Assembly (NCBI GenBank): GCA_026398435.1
Contig: JAPLSW010000057.1
Coordinates: 17,715 to 81,714 of the forward strand
Origin: Chlamydiota bacterium
Lineage (GTDB): Bacteria; Chlamydiota; Chlamydiia; Chlamydiales; Rhabdochlamydiaceae
Reading direction: 5' to 3'
Length of the DNA stretch: 64,000 bases
Part shown: positions 8,712 through 18,627 of the stretch, one piece after another
How the letters are laid out: every line of letters begins with the position of its first letter
Numbering within the stretch: the stretch's first letter is position 1
Notes under the pieces: generated by a model
Told to the model about the DNA's origin: nothing
What the model saw: the letters and a program-made list of their open reading frames with translations, nothing else
Database searches by the model: none
Program-made: the position numbers and the translations under genes

Positions 8712-9068
8712 TTAAGCTAAAGCTAGTTTTGCTGCGCCCGCTACTTCTGCAAAGCTATTTGGATCACGAATCGCCATTTCAGAGAGCATTTTGCGATTTA
8801 ACAAGCAACCTGCTAACTTAAGACCATTAATGAATTTGCTGTAGGAAATGCCGTTGATTTTTGCACCAACGCCGATTCTTACAGTCCAAAGTCTGCGAAA
8901 ATCTCTTTTCTTTTGTTTTCTGTGTACATAATTAAATGCCATTGCAGACATCACCGCGTCAGCTGTAAGACGTAGGTGGTTCTTACGATCGCCTACGAAG
9001 CCTTTAGCTTGTTTCAGCAATCTTTTTTTTCTGCGATGGGTAGCCACAGAATTCGTGACTCTTACCAT
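8712..9068 (-). CDS. rplT: 50S ribosomal protein L20
   Basis: MVRVTNSVATHRRKKRLLKQAKGF... is the canonical L20 N-terminus. Confidence 0.95.
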   Translation of the reverse strand: MVRVTNSVATHRRKKRLLKQAKGFVGDRKNHLRLTADAVMSAMAFNYVHRKQKKRDFRRLWTVRIGVGAKINGISYSKFINGLKLAGCLLNRKMLSEMAIRDPNSFAEVAGAAKLALA

Positions 9069-9090
9069 GGTAGTTCTCCAATTTTAAATT

Positions 9091-9288
9091 TTAAGCCACG
9101 CCCATGAGACGTGCGTACATTTTCGTTTGTCCATCATTAACAACGGATTGTTTTGACAAACGACGTTTACGATTTGATGACTTCTTAGTTAATTTATGCC
9201 TTCTTCCAGGATGAAACTGGAGAAGCTTGCCAGTACCAGTCACTTTAAACTTAGCTTTTACAGCCTTGCGTGTCTTCATTTTTGGCAT
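9091..9288 (-). CDS. rpmI: 50S ribosomal protein L35
   Basis: MPKMKTRKAVKAKFKVTGTGKL... is the canonical L35 sequence. Confidence 0.95.
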   Translation of the reverse strand: MPKMKTRKAVKAKFKVTGTGKLLQFHPGRRHKLTKKSSNRKRRLSKQSVVNDGQTKMYARLMGVA

Positions 9289-9313
9289 TGTTATTTCTCC
9301 CTACTTTAATTTC

Positions 9314-9835
9314 TTATTTTGGTGTTTCTGTCGCCGGCTTCTTCTTTCCACCTGGCGCTAGCACGGTTGACATGTTTCTACCCATCAGCCTTGCTTCGGA
9401 TTCGGGAGTTGCAATATCGGAAAGATCTTCACAAAATTTTTCCACCGCTTTTCTACCGATTTGAGGGTGCTGTAGCTCCCTTCCGCGAAAAACACACGTA
9501 ACTCTTACTTTATTACCCTTGATTATGAACTCACGGGCGTGCTTTGCCTTCACATGAACATCGTGTTCATCAGTTGTCGGCTTAATTTTAATTTCTTTAA
9601 CTTTTACCTGATGCTGAGACTTTTTGCTCTCTTTTTCTTTTTTAGTCACCTGGTAACGATACTTGCCGTAGTCAATAATCTTACATACGGGAGGCTCGGC
9701 ATTCGGTGCTATCTCAACTAAGTCCAGCCCAGACAGCTCAGCCTTACTAATTGCTTCAGGAGTAAGTAGAATACCTAACTGTTCTCCGTCTTTATCTATG
9801 ACTCGCACCTTAGCAGCGCGAATTTCTCTATTAAT
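9314..9835 (-). CDS. infC: Translation initiation factor IF-3 (non-canonical start)
   Basis: EPPVCKIIDYGKYRYQ and RGRELQHPQIG are IF3 motifs. The conserved INREIRAAK lies upstream of the GTG at 9808, in the same open frame. The only possible starts there are ATT (9835) or CTG (9847). Confidence 0.85.
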   Translation of the reverse strand: MNREIRAAKVRVIDKDGEQLGILLTPEAISKAELSGLDLVEIAPNAEPPVCKIIDYGKYRYQVTKKEKESKKSQHQVKVKEIKIKPTTDEHDVHVKAKHAREFIIKGNKVRVTCVFRGRELQHPQIGRKAVEKFCEDLSDIATPESEARLMGRNMSTVLAPGGKKKPATETPK

Positions 9836-9852
9836 TCTGCAGTTCAGAGGGA

Positions 9853-11448
9853 CTACTCCGGTTCTTTGTGTCTATTCAATCTCAGTATCAGTTCATCTAA
9901 AGTAAGAGTCTCTTCTTTCAATTGATTCAAGACCCGAACTCTTACTGTCGAACTACTTTCTTCTTTCTTATCTAAAATGAGGAGAAAGGGAATTTTTTCC
10001 AACAGTCTTTTATGAAAACTCTCTTTTTCTTTACTTTCAGAGATTTCCACTTTAACGCGAAAACCTTCCGATCTGATCTGCTTTTGCAGCTTTTCAGCAT
10101 AATCTTGCACATCTTTGCTAAGAGCTAAGATTCTCACTTGCTCTTCTGCTAGCAAAAAAGGAACACCTTCGTGCTTTTCCAGCAGTAAGGCAGCTATTCT
10201 TTCTCTCGAGCCGAGTGTCGATCTAATAATAACAGCTTCACTTCTGTTTGCTTCCGAGAAGGAAACTTGCATAAATCCTGTAGACCAATCACGCCCAAGT
10301 GAATCACCTACCCTAAAATCAACTTTCACACCCTTAAAAGAGCTATGAGTATGCTGAATACAGGTAATCCCCTCTTCTTGCAAAGCCCTTTTAAGGACAT
10401 CTGCGCTAATTTTTTCACCATTTGTAAGCGCAGAAGACTTTACTTTTCTGACACTTAAAATGATTTTATACTCAAAGCCCAGGATTTTAAGCATTTTGCT
10501 TATGAAATGCAAGGAAGAAATGCACTCCTCAAAAAGTTGCTTTTCAGTGCAAATAATATATTGAAGATCAACCACCGATCGGACCGTTTTTAATAGACCG
10601 CAAGAAAAATCTGTAAGCTCTTTATCCCAAAGGACACACTCTTCTGACACCCTATTCAAAGAAGCCTTTGAAACTAAAGAGGCTCTCTCTAAGAGAAGAT
10701 CATGATATAGCAAGTCATTTTCTTCATCTTCTGCACACTCGATTTCTTCTGGACTTGGCATTTTGATAAAAGAAAAACTTGCTTTTTCCAAATGATCTCT
10801 AAGACTTAAAGATAAGGCCTGAAGAAAACCCTCTCCCTTTGGATGCCAAAGCCAAAGGCTTCCTTCATTATTTACTCTGCTAAAAAGATTCCAATCTTTA
10901 CCAATGGATGGGTGGAGCCTCTTTACAAGACCCTCTTCTTCTTTCAAAAATTTCTTAAGGCTTTGCTTATCATAATCGGCAGCACCCCAGATCCTTACTA
11001 CATCTTTTTTTAGTCTTTTACCGATTTTTTCAAAAGTTTTAAGCTTTACCGCGCCTACATAACTAGTATCTGGACAAGCTAGCTCATCCTCTGAAAAATC
11101 TATATAAGATCCCATTTGGACAATTGAGAGTAAAGTATCAGAAGATGCAGCCGCATCTTCTGCGCGAAGAGACTCCTTATGAAAGGCAAGCATCTCTCCC
11201 GCACTAAAGGGGACCATTTCCTTTATAGAAAATTCTTGTTTTTCTTTGATAAAACGAGAAATTCCCTCTTCTAAAAGAACAAGGAAAGAAGATTGGAATT
11301 CAAAAGGAAAAACAAAGTCGTAATAGAAGCCAAGGGGCGTGATTCCACCACCCGCTAGTAGCGCATCAGGAAAGTTTCTTTTAGCAGAGGCTGCAAGAAG
11401 GATCCTGGCGGCTTTTCTTAAATCTGATAATTCTAATGATATATTCAT
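9853..11448 (-). CDS. Threonyl-tRNA-synthetase-like protein, apparently catalytically degenerate
   Basis: The ORF is collinear with the ThrRS editing, catalytic and anticodon-binding domains (GFYYDF; WLWHPKG; TLGSRERIAALLLE; anticodon-domain block RVKVEISESKE...IPFLLILDKKE). It has no TGS domain, and the HxxxH, HRNE and QDDAH motifs are not recognisable. Confidence 0.7.
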   Translation of the reverse strand: MNISLELSDLRKAARILLAASAKRNFPDALLAGGGITPLGFYYDFVFPFEFQSSFLVLLEEGISRFIKEKQEFSIKEMVPFSAGEMLAFHKESLRAEDAAASSDTLLSIVQMGSYIDFSEDELACPDTSYVGAVKLKTFEKIGKRLKKDVVRIWGAADYDKQSLKKFLKEEEGLVKRLHPSIGKDWNLFSRVNNEGSLWLWHPKGEGFLQALSLSLRDHLEKASFSFIKMPSPEEIECAEDEENDLLYHDLLLERASLVSKASLNRVSEECVLWDKELTDFSCGLLKTVRSVVDLQYIICTEKQLFEECISSLHFISKMLKILGFEYKIILSVRKVKSSALTNGEKISADVLKRALQEEGITCIQHTHSSFKGVKVDFRVGDSLGRDWSTGFMQVSFSEANRSEAVIIRSTLGSRERIAALLLEKHEGVPFLLAEEQVRILALSKDVQDYAEKLQKQIRSEGFRVKVEISESKEKESFHKRLLEKIPFLLILDKKEESSSTVRVRVLNQLKEETLTLDELILRLNRHKEPE

Positions 11449-11455
11449 AAAATCT

Positions 11456-11529
11456 TGGGATATAGCTGACTCGAACAGCTGACCTCCACGATGTCAACGT
11501 GGCGCTCTAACCAACTGAGCTAATATCCC
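11456..11529 (-). tRNA. tRNA-Val (anticodon GAC)
   Basis: Reverse complement is GGGATATTAGCTCAGTTGGTTAGAGCGCCACGTTGACATCGTGGAGGTCAGCTGTTCGAGTCAGCTATATCCCA. A cloverleaf can be drawn, and the anticodon loop is TTGACAT. Confidence 0.9.
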
Positions 11530-11669
11530 ATAGGTGGTTAAATTTCGACCCAAAGAATAGTAAGAACTTTCATTCTCGGCAAGGCAAATAGTTCCTAAAA
11601 TATTTTATAGCATGCAGGAAAAGACCCACCTAGTTATTCTCTCTGCTTAAACTTCACTCTAGGCTCTGT

Positions 11670-12260
11670 ATGAGAGATATCTTTCCTTTGTTCTCCTCCC
11701 CTATCCAACTGGCCCATATGCTGTGGGAAAAACTCCTTGGCAAAGATGACATGGTAATTGATGCGACGATGGGTAATGGAAAGGATACCCTTAAATTAGC
11801 GCAGATACTTTCTAACTGTGGCAGTGGCAGAGTTATAGCCCTAGACATCCAACCTAAAGCCTTAGAAAATACGTTAAGCCTCCTCAGAGAGAATATCCCT
11901 GAATTTCTACAGAATATTGAGCTACTACTCACCTCTCATGAAAATTTTCCAAGCCAGATTCTCCCCGGATCGGTAAAACTTATTGTTTATAACCTGGGGT
12001 ATCTTCCCGGTGCTGATAAAGAGCTCACGACCCAGACAGGAACGACTCTACTAAGTATAGAAAATGCTTTAAAGCTTATAGCCCCCGGAGGAGCCCTTAG
12101 CATCACCTGCTATCCCGGCCATGCAGAGGGACAAAAAGAACATGAAGCGATCAAGGCCTTTGTAAAAGACCGTGATCTAAGAGAGTATTGTGTTTCTGAG
12201 CACACCTGGCCAAGTAGAAATTTAAGCCCTATCTTGCTACTCATTCAAAAAAGTAATTAG
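11670..12260 (+). CDS. Class I SAM-dependent methyltransferase (YtqB-like putative RNA methylase)
   Basis: VIDATMGNGKDTLKLA motif and the later YNLGYLPGADK block match the PF06962-like putative rRNA methylase family (by eye). Confidence 0.65.
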   Translation: MRDIFPLFSSPIQLAHMLWEKLLGKDDMVIDATMGNGKDTLKLAQILSNCGSGRVIALDIQPKALENTLSLLRENIPEFLQNIELLLTSHENFPSQILPGSVKLIVYNLGYLPGADKELTTQTGTTLLSIENALKLIAPGGALSITCYPGHAEGQKEHEAIKAFVKDRDLREYCVSEHTWPSRNLSPILLLIQKSN

Positions 12261-12425
12261 CAATCTTAATTGCATATTTTTATCGTTAAAGCATGGATTA
12301 ATATCCTGCTATAAATCTAGAGATTCACGAAAGGAGGGTATCCCTCTATCAGGATTTTTTGATATGCAACAAGCTGCGAATATGAATCGGCACTGTACAT
12401 TCGAAACAGACCACATTTGTCTCTA

Positions 12426-13157
12426 TTAGATAACGTAAACGAGGGATTGTTCATATACTGCATTAAAATATCTAGAATCGACTAGTTTGCTAATCAATGA
12501 TTCCCAATCTATATCCCCTTTCTTATAAAGACCTCCGACTTCAAGATAATTCAGAAAGGCTTTCGCTGATTCACTCTTCTCTGATTTTTCAAATTTCTTA
12601 GCTATTTCGGAAAGATTCTTTTCAATATACCCAGCAAATTCATCCCGAGATGTCCCAGATTCAAATTGATCCATTATGATTTCAGCGAATATGCTTCCAG
12701 GATAAAATAGACTTTTTTCAGGATCCGGCATTCCATCTATATCCAAACCATCTAAAGAGGCAGCATATTTATAGAGACTTTCAGTACAACCGCTTAAACA
12801 AGGATCGCCACGAGAAAAGCATGAAAAAAAGCCTGATAAGTCCCTTGCTTCTTTAGCCCTTAGATACGTACTTACAAATATTTTAATTCTTGTACTTAAT
12901 AGATCCAAATTAGAGCTAAACCCATCTTCCGCTCCACTATGCGTTAATTTATTGATCTGGCTGTTTCGAAGACCATCTGTTTCGATACCGGAAATTTCCT
13001 GAAAATTTTCGCTAATGGCAAACATGCTCTTAATCACACTTAATGCCCTAGCCCCCTGCTCAGGCGATAATGCGGGAGCCTCAAGCCTAAACCCCCCCAA
13101 GACCTCCTCTTTCATCGCAATGCTCAAACCTACATTAGAAACATCAATAAAACTCAT
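12426..13157 (-). CDS. Hypothetical protein (orphan)
   Basis: 243-aa ORF with coding-like composition and a very AT-rich upstream region. No recognisable domain. Confidence 0.5.
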   Translation of the reverse strand: MSFIDVSNVGLSIAMKEEVLGGFRLEAPALSPEQGARALSVIKSMFAISENFQEISGIETDGLRNSQINKLTHSGAEDGFSSNLDLLSTRIKIFVSTYLRAKEARDLSGFFSCFSRGDPCLSGCTESLYKYAASLDGLDIDGMPDPEKSLFYPGSIFAEIIMDQFESGTSRDEFAGYIEKNLSEIAKKFEKSEKSESAKAFLNYLEVGGLYKKGDIDWESLISKLVDSRYFNAVYEQSLVYVI

Positions 13158-13826
13158 AAAAACGCCCTTTATTAAAAATAATAAATATTATTATATAACA
13201 ATAATAATTATTAATATATAGGCAATTACATTAACTTCTTGTTCAAGAGCTACTACTTCTACTCGTAACACAAGTTATTAATGATAAATCCAACAAATGA
13301 GCATCTTCTCATAGTGGGAGAGCTTAAAAAAATCGTGAACACAGAGGTTGTTGATAATAAACACTTTACAAAGAATATTTTTCGAGCCACTAATGACTTG
13401 TTGAAAGGCTTTGTTTTCAGGGACATGGCTTACTTCAAATTAAAGCTACTCCATGTCATAAACAGGGTACACATTTGCCTGATGAACCAATTTTTTTAGA
13501 GTGAATTCTCCTAGCAAAAACCCTAAACTCACAAAATGCAGCTATTGCAGAAAATAGACAATGAGAGTAGAAGCAAATCTCAAGGCGCCATTTAACGAAT
13601 AAATGCTCCCGGGGTTAATCGCTAAGAATTCAGCCTTAAACCCTGCAACCGGATTCTTAACGATAAATTATCATTTCCCAACTGATTCATTGTTAACAAC
13701 CTGAGCTTTAAAAATTATTCTACCAATTGATTAGTTAGTTAATCAGATATAAAATTAAGAGAGAATAGCTATCGAGAATTATATCTAATAATTAACAGTT
13801 AATAATAAGATAATAACAGGAATATC

Positions 13827-14684
13827 ATGACAAACAGCATTGATAGCCAGCCTCTTAGGATCTATACAGAGCTAGACAAGATCAGAAAATGTACAGAGGG
13901 ACCCGTAAGCCCTCGCACATGCGCCCGTTTATTTCATAAATTAGATGAGATATCCCACTCCTTGCAAGGATTGCAAGGGGAGTCTGCTAAAACTACAAGC
14001 ATTTTTGAGCAGTCCAAACAAGAACATTTGCAAGATCTCCAAGCGACAATCGTTTCCCTTTATGGAAGAGCGATCGACTGCAAAGTCAGCTTCCAAGTAG
14101 ATCAGATTGCGGGAGAAACCTCCCATTTGAAAGAAGCGCTTGATCACGCAACACCAAAGCAGATTACCAAAGAAAGCAAGCTCCTCCAAAAACACGTAAG
14201 CACCCTCCTTCACGATCACCGGATTGGAAAAGAGCAAATGCCTGTTGTTAGCCTAGCAAAACAGACCCTTTCTCACGCAGAGAAAAAGCTGAAAGGGGAA
14301 ACACCGGAACCTGTCCACCATTTTACTTGGATGGCAAGCCAGGCATCAGCTCAATACGCGCAGGACCTAGTTGATATACTCCCCGGTGAAATTGAAGAAC
14401 TCTTCGATATCGCAACACTTTTGCATACCGGCCTTAAAAAAGAAGCTCAGTCCAGATATAACCGCCTCCCTTCTGATATAAAAGGTTTAGTGGCCAAGCA
14501 CCTAGAGGCGCTAAAGGAAACATCCCTTTCTGAAAAAGCGCTCATAGCTACTGGGTTTGAACTGGCAGGCACTAAGGAAATGTACTTTTCTGAAGAGGAG
14601 TTGACCTCATTTTTTCAAGAAAGCATGGAATTTGGCAAACCAGAAAAACTAGAACCAATATTTAACATGCGCTCTATCGGCTAA
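13827..14684 (+). CDS. Hypothetical protein (orphan, helical)
   Basis: 285-aa ORF with an ATG behind an AT-rich upstream region. No recognisable domain. Confidence 0.5.
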   Translation: MTNSIDSQPLRIYTELDKIRKCTEGPVSPRTCARLFHKLDEISHSLQGLQGESAKTTSIFEQSKQEHLQDLQATIVSLYGRAIDCKVSFQVDQIAGETSHLKEALDHATPKQITKESKLLQKHVSTLLHDHRIGKEQMPVVSLAKQTLSHAEKKLKGETPEPVHHFTWMASQASAQYAQDLVDILPGEIEELFDIATLLHTGLKKEAQSRYNRLPSDIKGLVAKHLEALKETSLSEKALIATGFELAGTKEMYFSEEELTSFFQESMEFGKPEKLEPIFNMRSIG

Positions 14685-15840
14685 TAAGAAGGGAGGCTTT
14701 TGCCTCGTCCATTATATAAAAAGATCCACATACTACTGTCATCGCCTCTCCATATTCTGCGGCTTGAACGGCCGCAGATATAGATTCTGCTATCTCGTAG
14801 CTAGAATAAGATAGGATATCTAAAATGCGCGCCATATCGCCCGTTTTAGCAGATCTTATCCCTTGAGCCTGTACAAGAGTAATATGATCTACATAACGGG
14901 ACGCAATCTTAAGACAACTCTTTATATCCTTATCGGCTGATAGGCCGATCACAGAGCGGATAGAGCTACTCGGATATCTTTTCTTCACTTCAGAAAAAAG
15001 ACGGAGAAAAGCCTCCGGGTTATGAGCTACGTCAAAAATAACCGAGCCTATCACTTCAAAACGAGAAGAGGGAATTTCTAATAGCCCTCTTTCTATAAAA
15101 TCATCTGTAAGCAATGGAAATTTTCCTTTAAGAGCATTACATGCAAGCCTTGCAATGCTTTTATTTTCTAAGTCATAAAAGCCTTCTCGGAATTCAGCCA
15201 TTGCAATAGGACAATGAAGATTTTCAGCTATTTGTAATATAGAAGGAAGATTTGCTGTAGGACCAAGGATAAGAGGAATATCTCTTTTACAGATTCCCGC
15301 TTTTTCCCGGCCGATCTCATTTACGGTATCCCCAAGTAGATGAGTATGCTCTAAAGAAATCGATGTAATGATCGAAAGGATCGGGTTAACAACCCGTGTT
15401 GCATCAAGACGGCCGCCAAGCCCCGTCTCAATAACCGCAACATCTACCTCCCTATTTTTAAAGTGGAGAAGACAGAGAAGGGTCGTGAGTTCAAAAAATG
15501 TCGGATGCAGAGCTAACTGCTTTGCTAAAGAAAAAAGAAGGTCTAAACCCGATACCACCTCTCCTTCAGAGATCTCCTTTCCATCTACCTGGATTCTTTC
15601 CGTATAAGAGTGGATGTGGGGTGAGGTATAAAGACCTACTTTGTAGCCTGCAAGCTCTAAGGATTTAGCAATTTTTAGACAAACTGAGCCCTTCCCATTA
15701 CTTCCTGCTACGTGAATTGCTGGAAAAGCATTTTGAGGACATCCTAAATAAGAGGCTATTTTTTCTACTTGGGATAGGTCTGATTTTCCAGCTGCATGAT
15801 GAGAAAAAAGGGTATTTAAAGCTTCTGTATAATCATTCAT
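14674..15840 (-). CDS. folC: Dihydrofolate synthase/folylpolyglutamate synthase
   Basis: HVAGSNGKGS P-loop and Mur-ligase-like blocks. The preferred start is ATG 15840 (MNDYTEAL...), which overlaps the upstream stop by 8 nt. The ORF itself extends to 15891. Confidence 0.85.
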   Translation of the reverse strand: MNDYTEALNTLFSHHAAGKSDLSQVEKIASYLGCPQNAFPAIHVAGSNGKGSVCLKIAKSLELAGYKVGLYTSPHIHSYTERIQVDGKEISEGEVVSGLDLLFSLAKQLALHPTFFELTTLLCLLHFKNREVDVAVIETGLGGRLDATRVVNPILSIITSISLEHTHLLGDTVNEIGREKAGICKRDIPLILGPTANLPSILQIAENLHCPIAMAEFREGFYDLENKSIARLACNALKGKFPLLTDDFIERGLLEIPSSRFEVIGSVIFDVAHNPEAFLRLFSEVKKRYPSSSIRSVIGLSADKDIKSCLKIASRYVDHITLVQAQGIRSAKTGDMARILDILSYSSYEIAESISAAVQAAEYGEAMTVVCGSFYIMDEAKASLLISR

Positions 15841-16678
15841 AAGAAGGGAAAATCCTGACAAATTCCTCTTTGGGAGTCCATGAACATCCAAGAGGAAGAT
15901 AGGGTTTTATACTACCATGAAAATCAGATCCCCCACTTATGAGGAGTTTTTTAGTTTTTGCAATTTTTAGAAAGCGACGCTCTTTTTCTGTAGAGCATCT
16001 GCCGTAATAACATTCAAGACCATCAAAGGGATGGGTAAGGAGCTCACGAACAATACCTCCATCTTTAAATAGATGGGGGTGAGCTATAAGAGCCTTGCCG
16101 CTAGATTGTTTTATAACGTTAAGCGCCTCATCAATCGTTGCTGAAACCCCTTGAGCGTAGCAACACCTGCCATCTCCTAGATATAAAGAAAAAGCCTCTT
16201 GGATGGTCTTGACATATCCCTTATCAACCATGAGCTTTGCAATATGGGGCCGGCCAATTGTTCTATGGATCTTTTCTAAAGCCTCAAGCTCATTTTCTTC
16301 GATGGGAAAGCGAACCTTTTTAAGCTTAGCGAGTATTTCAAAATTCCTTCCCTTTCTCCTATCTCGCTGACTTGTGCAAAACTCTTTCAAAAAAGGATGC
16401 TCTGTATCAATCCCATACCCTAAAATATGCACGTTTTGCTTTTTATAGAGGGAAGAAAATTCAACACCTGAAACTAAGATAAGACCTTTGGATTTTGCAT
16501 AAGGAAAAGCCTCTGCATAAGCATCGACGGTATCATGGTCTGTAATTGAAAGAGCATTGAGACCCATTTCTACGGCATGATCGATAAGCTCATAGGGGGT
16601 AAAACTACCATCTGAATACATAGTATGAGTATGGAGATCCGCTCTAAACTCTCTTACTTCCGGCTGTAGGGGATGCAT
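15833..16678 (-). CDS. PHP-domain phosphoesterase (TrpH/YciV-like)
   Basis: ADLHTHTMYSDG...ALSITDHD...IAHP...GGSDFHG are the PHP metal-ligand motifs. Confidence 0.8.
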   Translation of the reverse strand: MHPLQPEVREFRADLHTHTMYSDGSFTPYELIDHAVEMGLNALSITDHDTVDAYAEAFPYAKSKGLILVSGVEFSSLYKKQNVHILGYGIDTEHPFLKEFCTSQRDRRKGRNFEILAKLKKVRFPIEENELEALEKIHRTIGRPHIAKLMVDKGYVKTIQEAFSLYLGDGRCCYAQGVSATIDEALNVIKQSSGKALIAHPHLFKDGGIVRELLTHPFDGLECYYGRCSTEKERRFLKIAKTKKLLISGGSDFHGSIKPYLPLGCSWTPKEEFVRIFPSYE

Positions 16679-17526
16679 CGTATTTCCATTTCCAAGTCAA
16701 CGCCGAGGCTCTGCTTCACTTTTTCTTGCACATGTTTTGCAAGAGAAAGGATATCTTCCGCTTTAGCATCTTCTTTATTTATAATAAAATTGGCATGCAG
16801 GGAGGAAACTTCCGCCCCACCCATAGACTGCCCCTTAAGGCCGCTTTTTTCGATGAGGGCTCCAGCCGATCCCTCTAAAGGATTTCTAAAAACACAGCCA
16901 GCAGATTTTTCTCCATAGGGTTGGGTTTTTGTCCGATACTCTATGATTGTCAGCTGCTTTTTCCTAGCCTCCGGACAGTCCTTTAGAGCAAAGGTGGCAG
17001 CAACTATTGCCCCTTTTCGCTTTTGAAAGGAAGATGTTCTATAAGAAAAGGAAAGTTGATCTCTTGAGAGAATTTCTACATCCCCTCTTTCATTTACAAA
17101 GGACACTTCTAAGAGATGGTCTTTAGTTTCTTGGCCATTTGCGCCTGCATTCATGTATACAGCGCCACCCACGGTTGCTGGTATCCCAGAGGCAAACTCC
17201 AGCCCAGAAAGGCCCTTTCTTGCCGTTTGAACCCCAAGCAAAGAAAAACTGTATCCAGACCCTACGTGCACTTGTTCTTTTTGAAATTTGCAAAAAGAGA
17301 TCTTATTGAGAATTACCACTCCATCAAAGCCCCTGTCATCAAATAGGCAATTGGATCCTTTTCCGATCACTAGGTAATCGAGATCTTCTTTTGCGCAAAA
17401 GGCGATGAGGCCTTGCATGTCTTCAATTGTAGAAATTTCAATGAAATATTTCGCCGGGCCCCCGATCCCAAAGGTGGAGAGCTGCTTTAGTAACTTATGT
17501 GGTAAGAGCCGGGAGTGATAACTCAT
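16654..17526 (-). CDS. murB: UDP-N-acetylenolpyruvoylglucosamine reductase
   Basis: Blocks TFGIGGPAKYF, GKGSNCLFDD, GIPATVGGAVYMNAGA and AGCVFRNP. The preferred start is ATG 17526 (MSYHSRLL...). Confidence 0.9.
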   Translation of the reverse strand: MSYHSRLLPHKLLKQLSTFGIGGPAKYFIEISTIEDMQGLIAFCAKEDLDYLVIGKGSNCLFDDRGFDGVVILNKISFCKFQKEQVHVGSGYSFSLLGVQTARKGLSGLEFASGIPATVGGAVYMNAGANGQETKDHLLEVSFVNERGDVEILSRDQLSFSYRTSSFQKRKGAIVAATFALKDCPEARKKQLTIIEYRTKTQPYGEKSAGCVFRNPLEGSAGALIEKSGLKGQSMGGAEVSSLHANFIINKEDAKAEDILSLAKHVQEKVKQSLGVDLEMEIRCIPYSRK

Positions 17527-17959
17527 CTTCTTGGCCTGCAGCTGCGGTTTCTTTAATCTCAGTCTGGTATATTGCATCAAGTACAGCATTGATAAAAGAG
17601 GCGCTCTCTGCTGTAGAATACTTACGCGTTAGCCTGATTGCTTCAGCAATCGAAACCTTAGGTGGCAAAGAGGAGAGATACAGCATTTCATAAACAGCAA
17701 GCCTCAGCACATTTAGCTCTACTTTCGGAATACGATGAAAATCGTATGACTTAGAAAAGCTGGTAATCTTCGCATCAATCTCTGGCAAATGCCCTTCGAT
17801 CTCTGTTTTCTGTGCTAAAATCTCTCTCACAGCCTTGCGCGTGATGAAAAATTCTTTCATCATAAATTCAGTAACCTCTTCATCATCCACGGCTGAAAAG
17901 TCGTGACTGAAAAGGATTTGAAAAAGAATTTCTCTACTTTTTTGCTGTGATAGTGCCAT
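17495..17959 (-). CDS. nusB: Transcription antitermination factor NusB
   Basis: ...SREILFQILFS...ELNVLRLAVYEMLY...VSIAEAIRLTRKY...FINAVLD is the NusB pattern. Confidence 0.85.
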   Translation of the reverse strand: MALSQQKSREILFQILFSHDFSAVDDEEVTEFMMKEFFITRKAVREILAQKTEIEGHLPEIDAKITSFSKSYDFHRIPKVELNVLRLAVYEMLYLSSLPPKVSIAEAIRLTRKYSTAESASFINAVLDAIYQTEIKETAAAGQEDELSLPALTT

Positions 17960-18040
17960 ATGAAACCCTATAAAAGAGTCAGGTTACCATATTTTTGGGT
18001 TTCTTTGCACTAACAACCGACTCCCCTCTTTAATTAAAAA

Positions 18041-18505
18041 CTAAATTTGACTTCTTAACATCCAAGCCTGCTTTTCATGCATATTCAGAATTCTTCCAAG
18101 AAGATCTGTGGTTGCTCCATCTTTTTCTTCTTCAGCAACTTGTGCTAAATTCCTAGCATTTCTAATAACAATTTCGTGGGATCTAACAAGCTCTTCTACC
18201 ATATCTTTTGAAGCTCTTAATTTAGCCTCATCACCGACAGCAGATAGATCTTTAAATGCTGCAAAGGAGGCATCTACGTAATGGCCTAGAGCCCGAATCC
18301 TTTCAGCCAGCTCATCGATACTTTCTGCAAGCTCGGTATACTGCTTTTCAAAAAGAATATGTAAGCTATAAAACTCATGCCCCGTTACATTCCAATGAAA
18401 GTTTTGCGTCTTTAGATAGACCCCATAAGTATCAGCTAAAAGAGTTGCTAAATCCTCTGCAACCCTTGAGCGACTCTTTTCTGACAAACCCGTTTGTATT
18501 TCCAT
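18041..18505 (-). CDS. dps: Dps-family DNA-protecting ferritin-like protein
   Basis: ...LADTYGVYLKTQNFHWNVTG..F..LH..FE.QY..L....DELAERI are Dps motifs. The start is moved to ATG 18505 behind GGGAG. Confidence 0.85.
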   Translation of the reverse strand: MEIQTGLSEKSRSRVAEDLATLLADTYGVYLKTQNFHWNVTGHEFYSLHILFEKQYTELAESIDELAERIRALGHYVDASFAAFKDLSAVGDEAKLRASKDMVEELVRSHEIVIRNARNLAQVAEEEKDGATTDLLGRILNMHEKQAWMLRSQI

Positions 18506-18627
18506 AAAAGCTCCCTTTTTCGGAGATATAGCACAAATACTGCCTGCTGAAAACAAAAATTTATTGAATATTCAGAGATTTCTTGCTAGCTTCCTATAAT
18601 TGATCAACTACTTGCGAGGACCCCTAA

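Noticed and set aside
13281-13499. 72-aa ORF in the 670-bp AT-rich spacer between the divergent orphan genes
   Set aside because: It has no Shine-Dalgarno sequence, a low-complexity Asn/Lys/Phe-rich translation typical of AT-rich non-coding DNA, and no recognisable motif.
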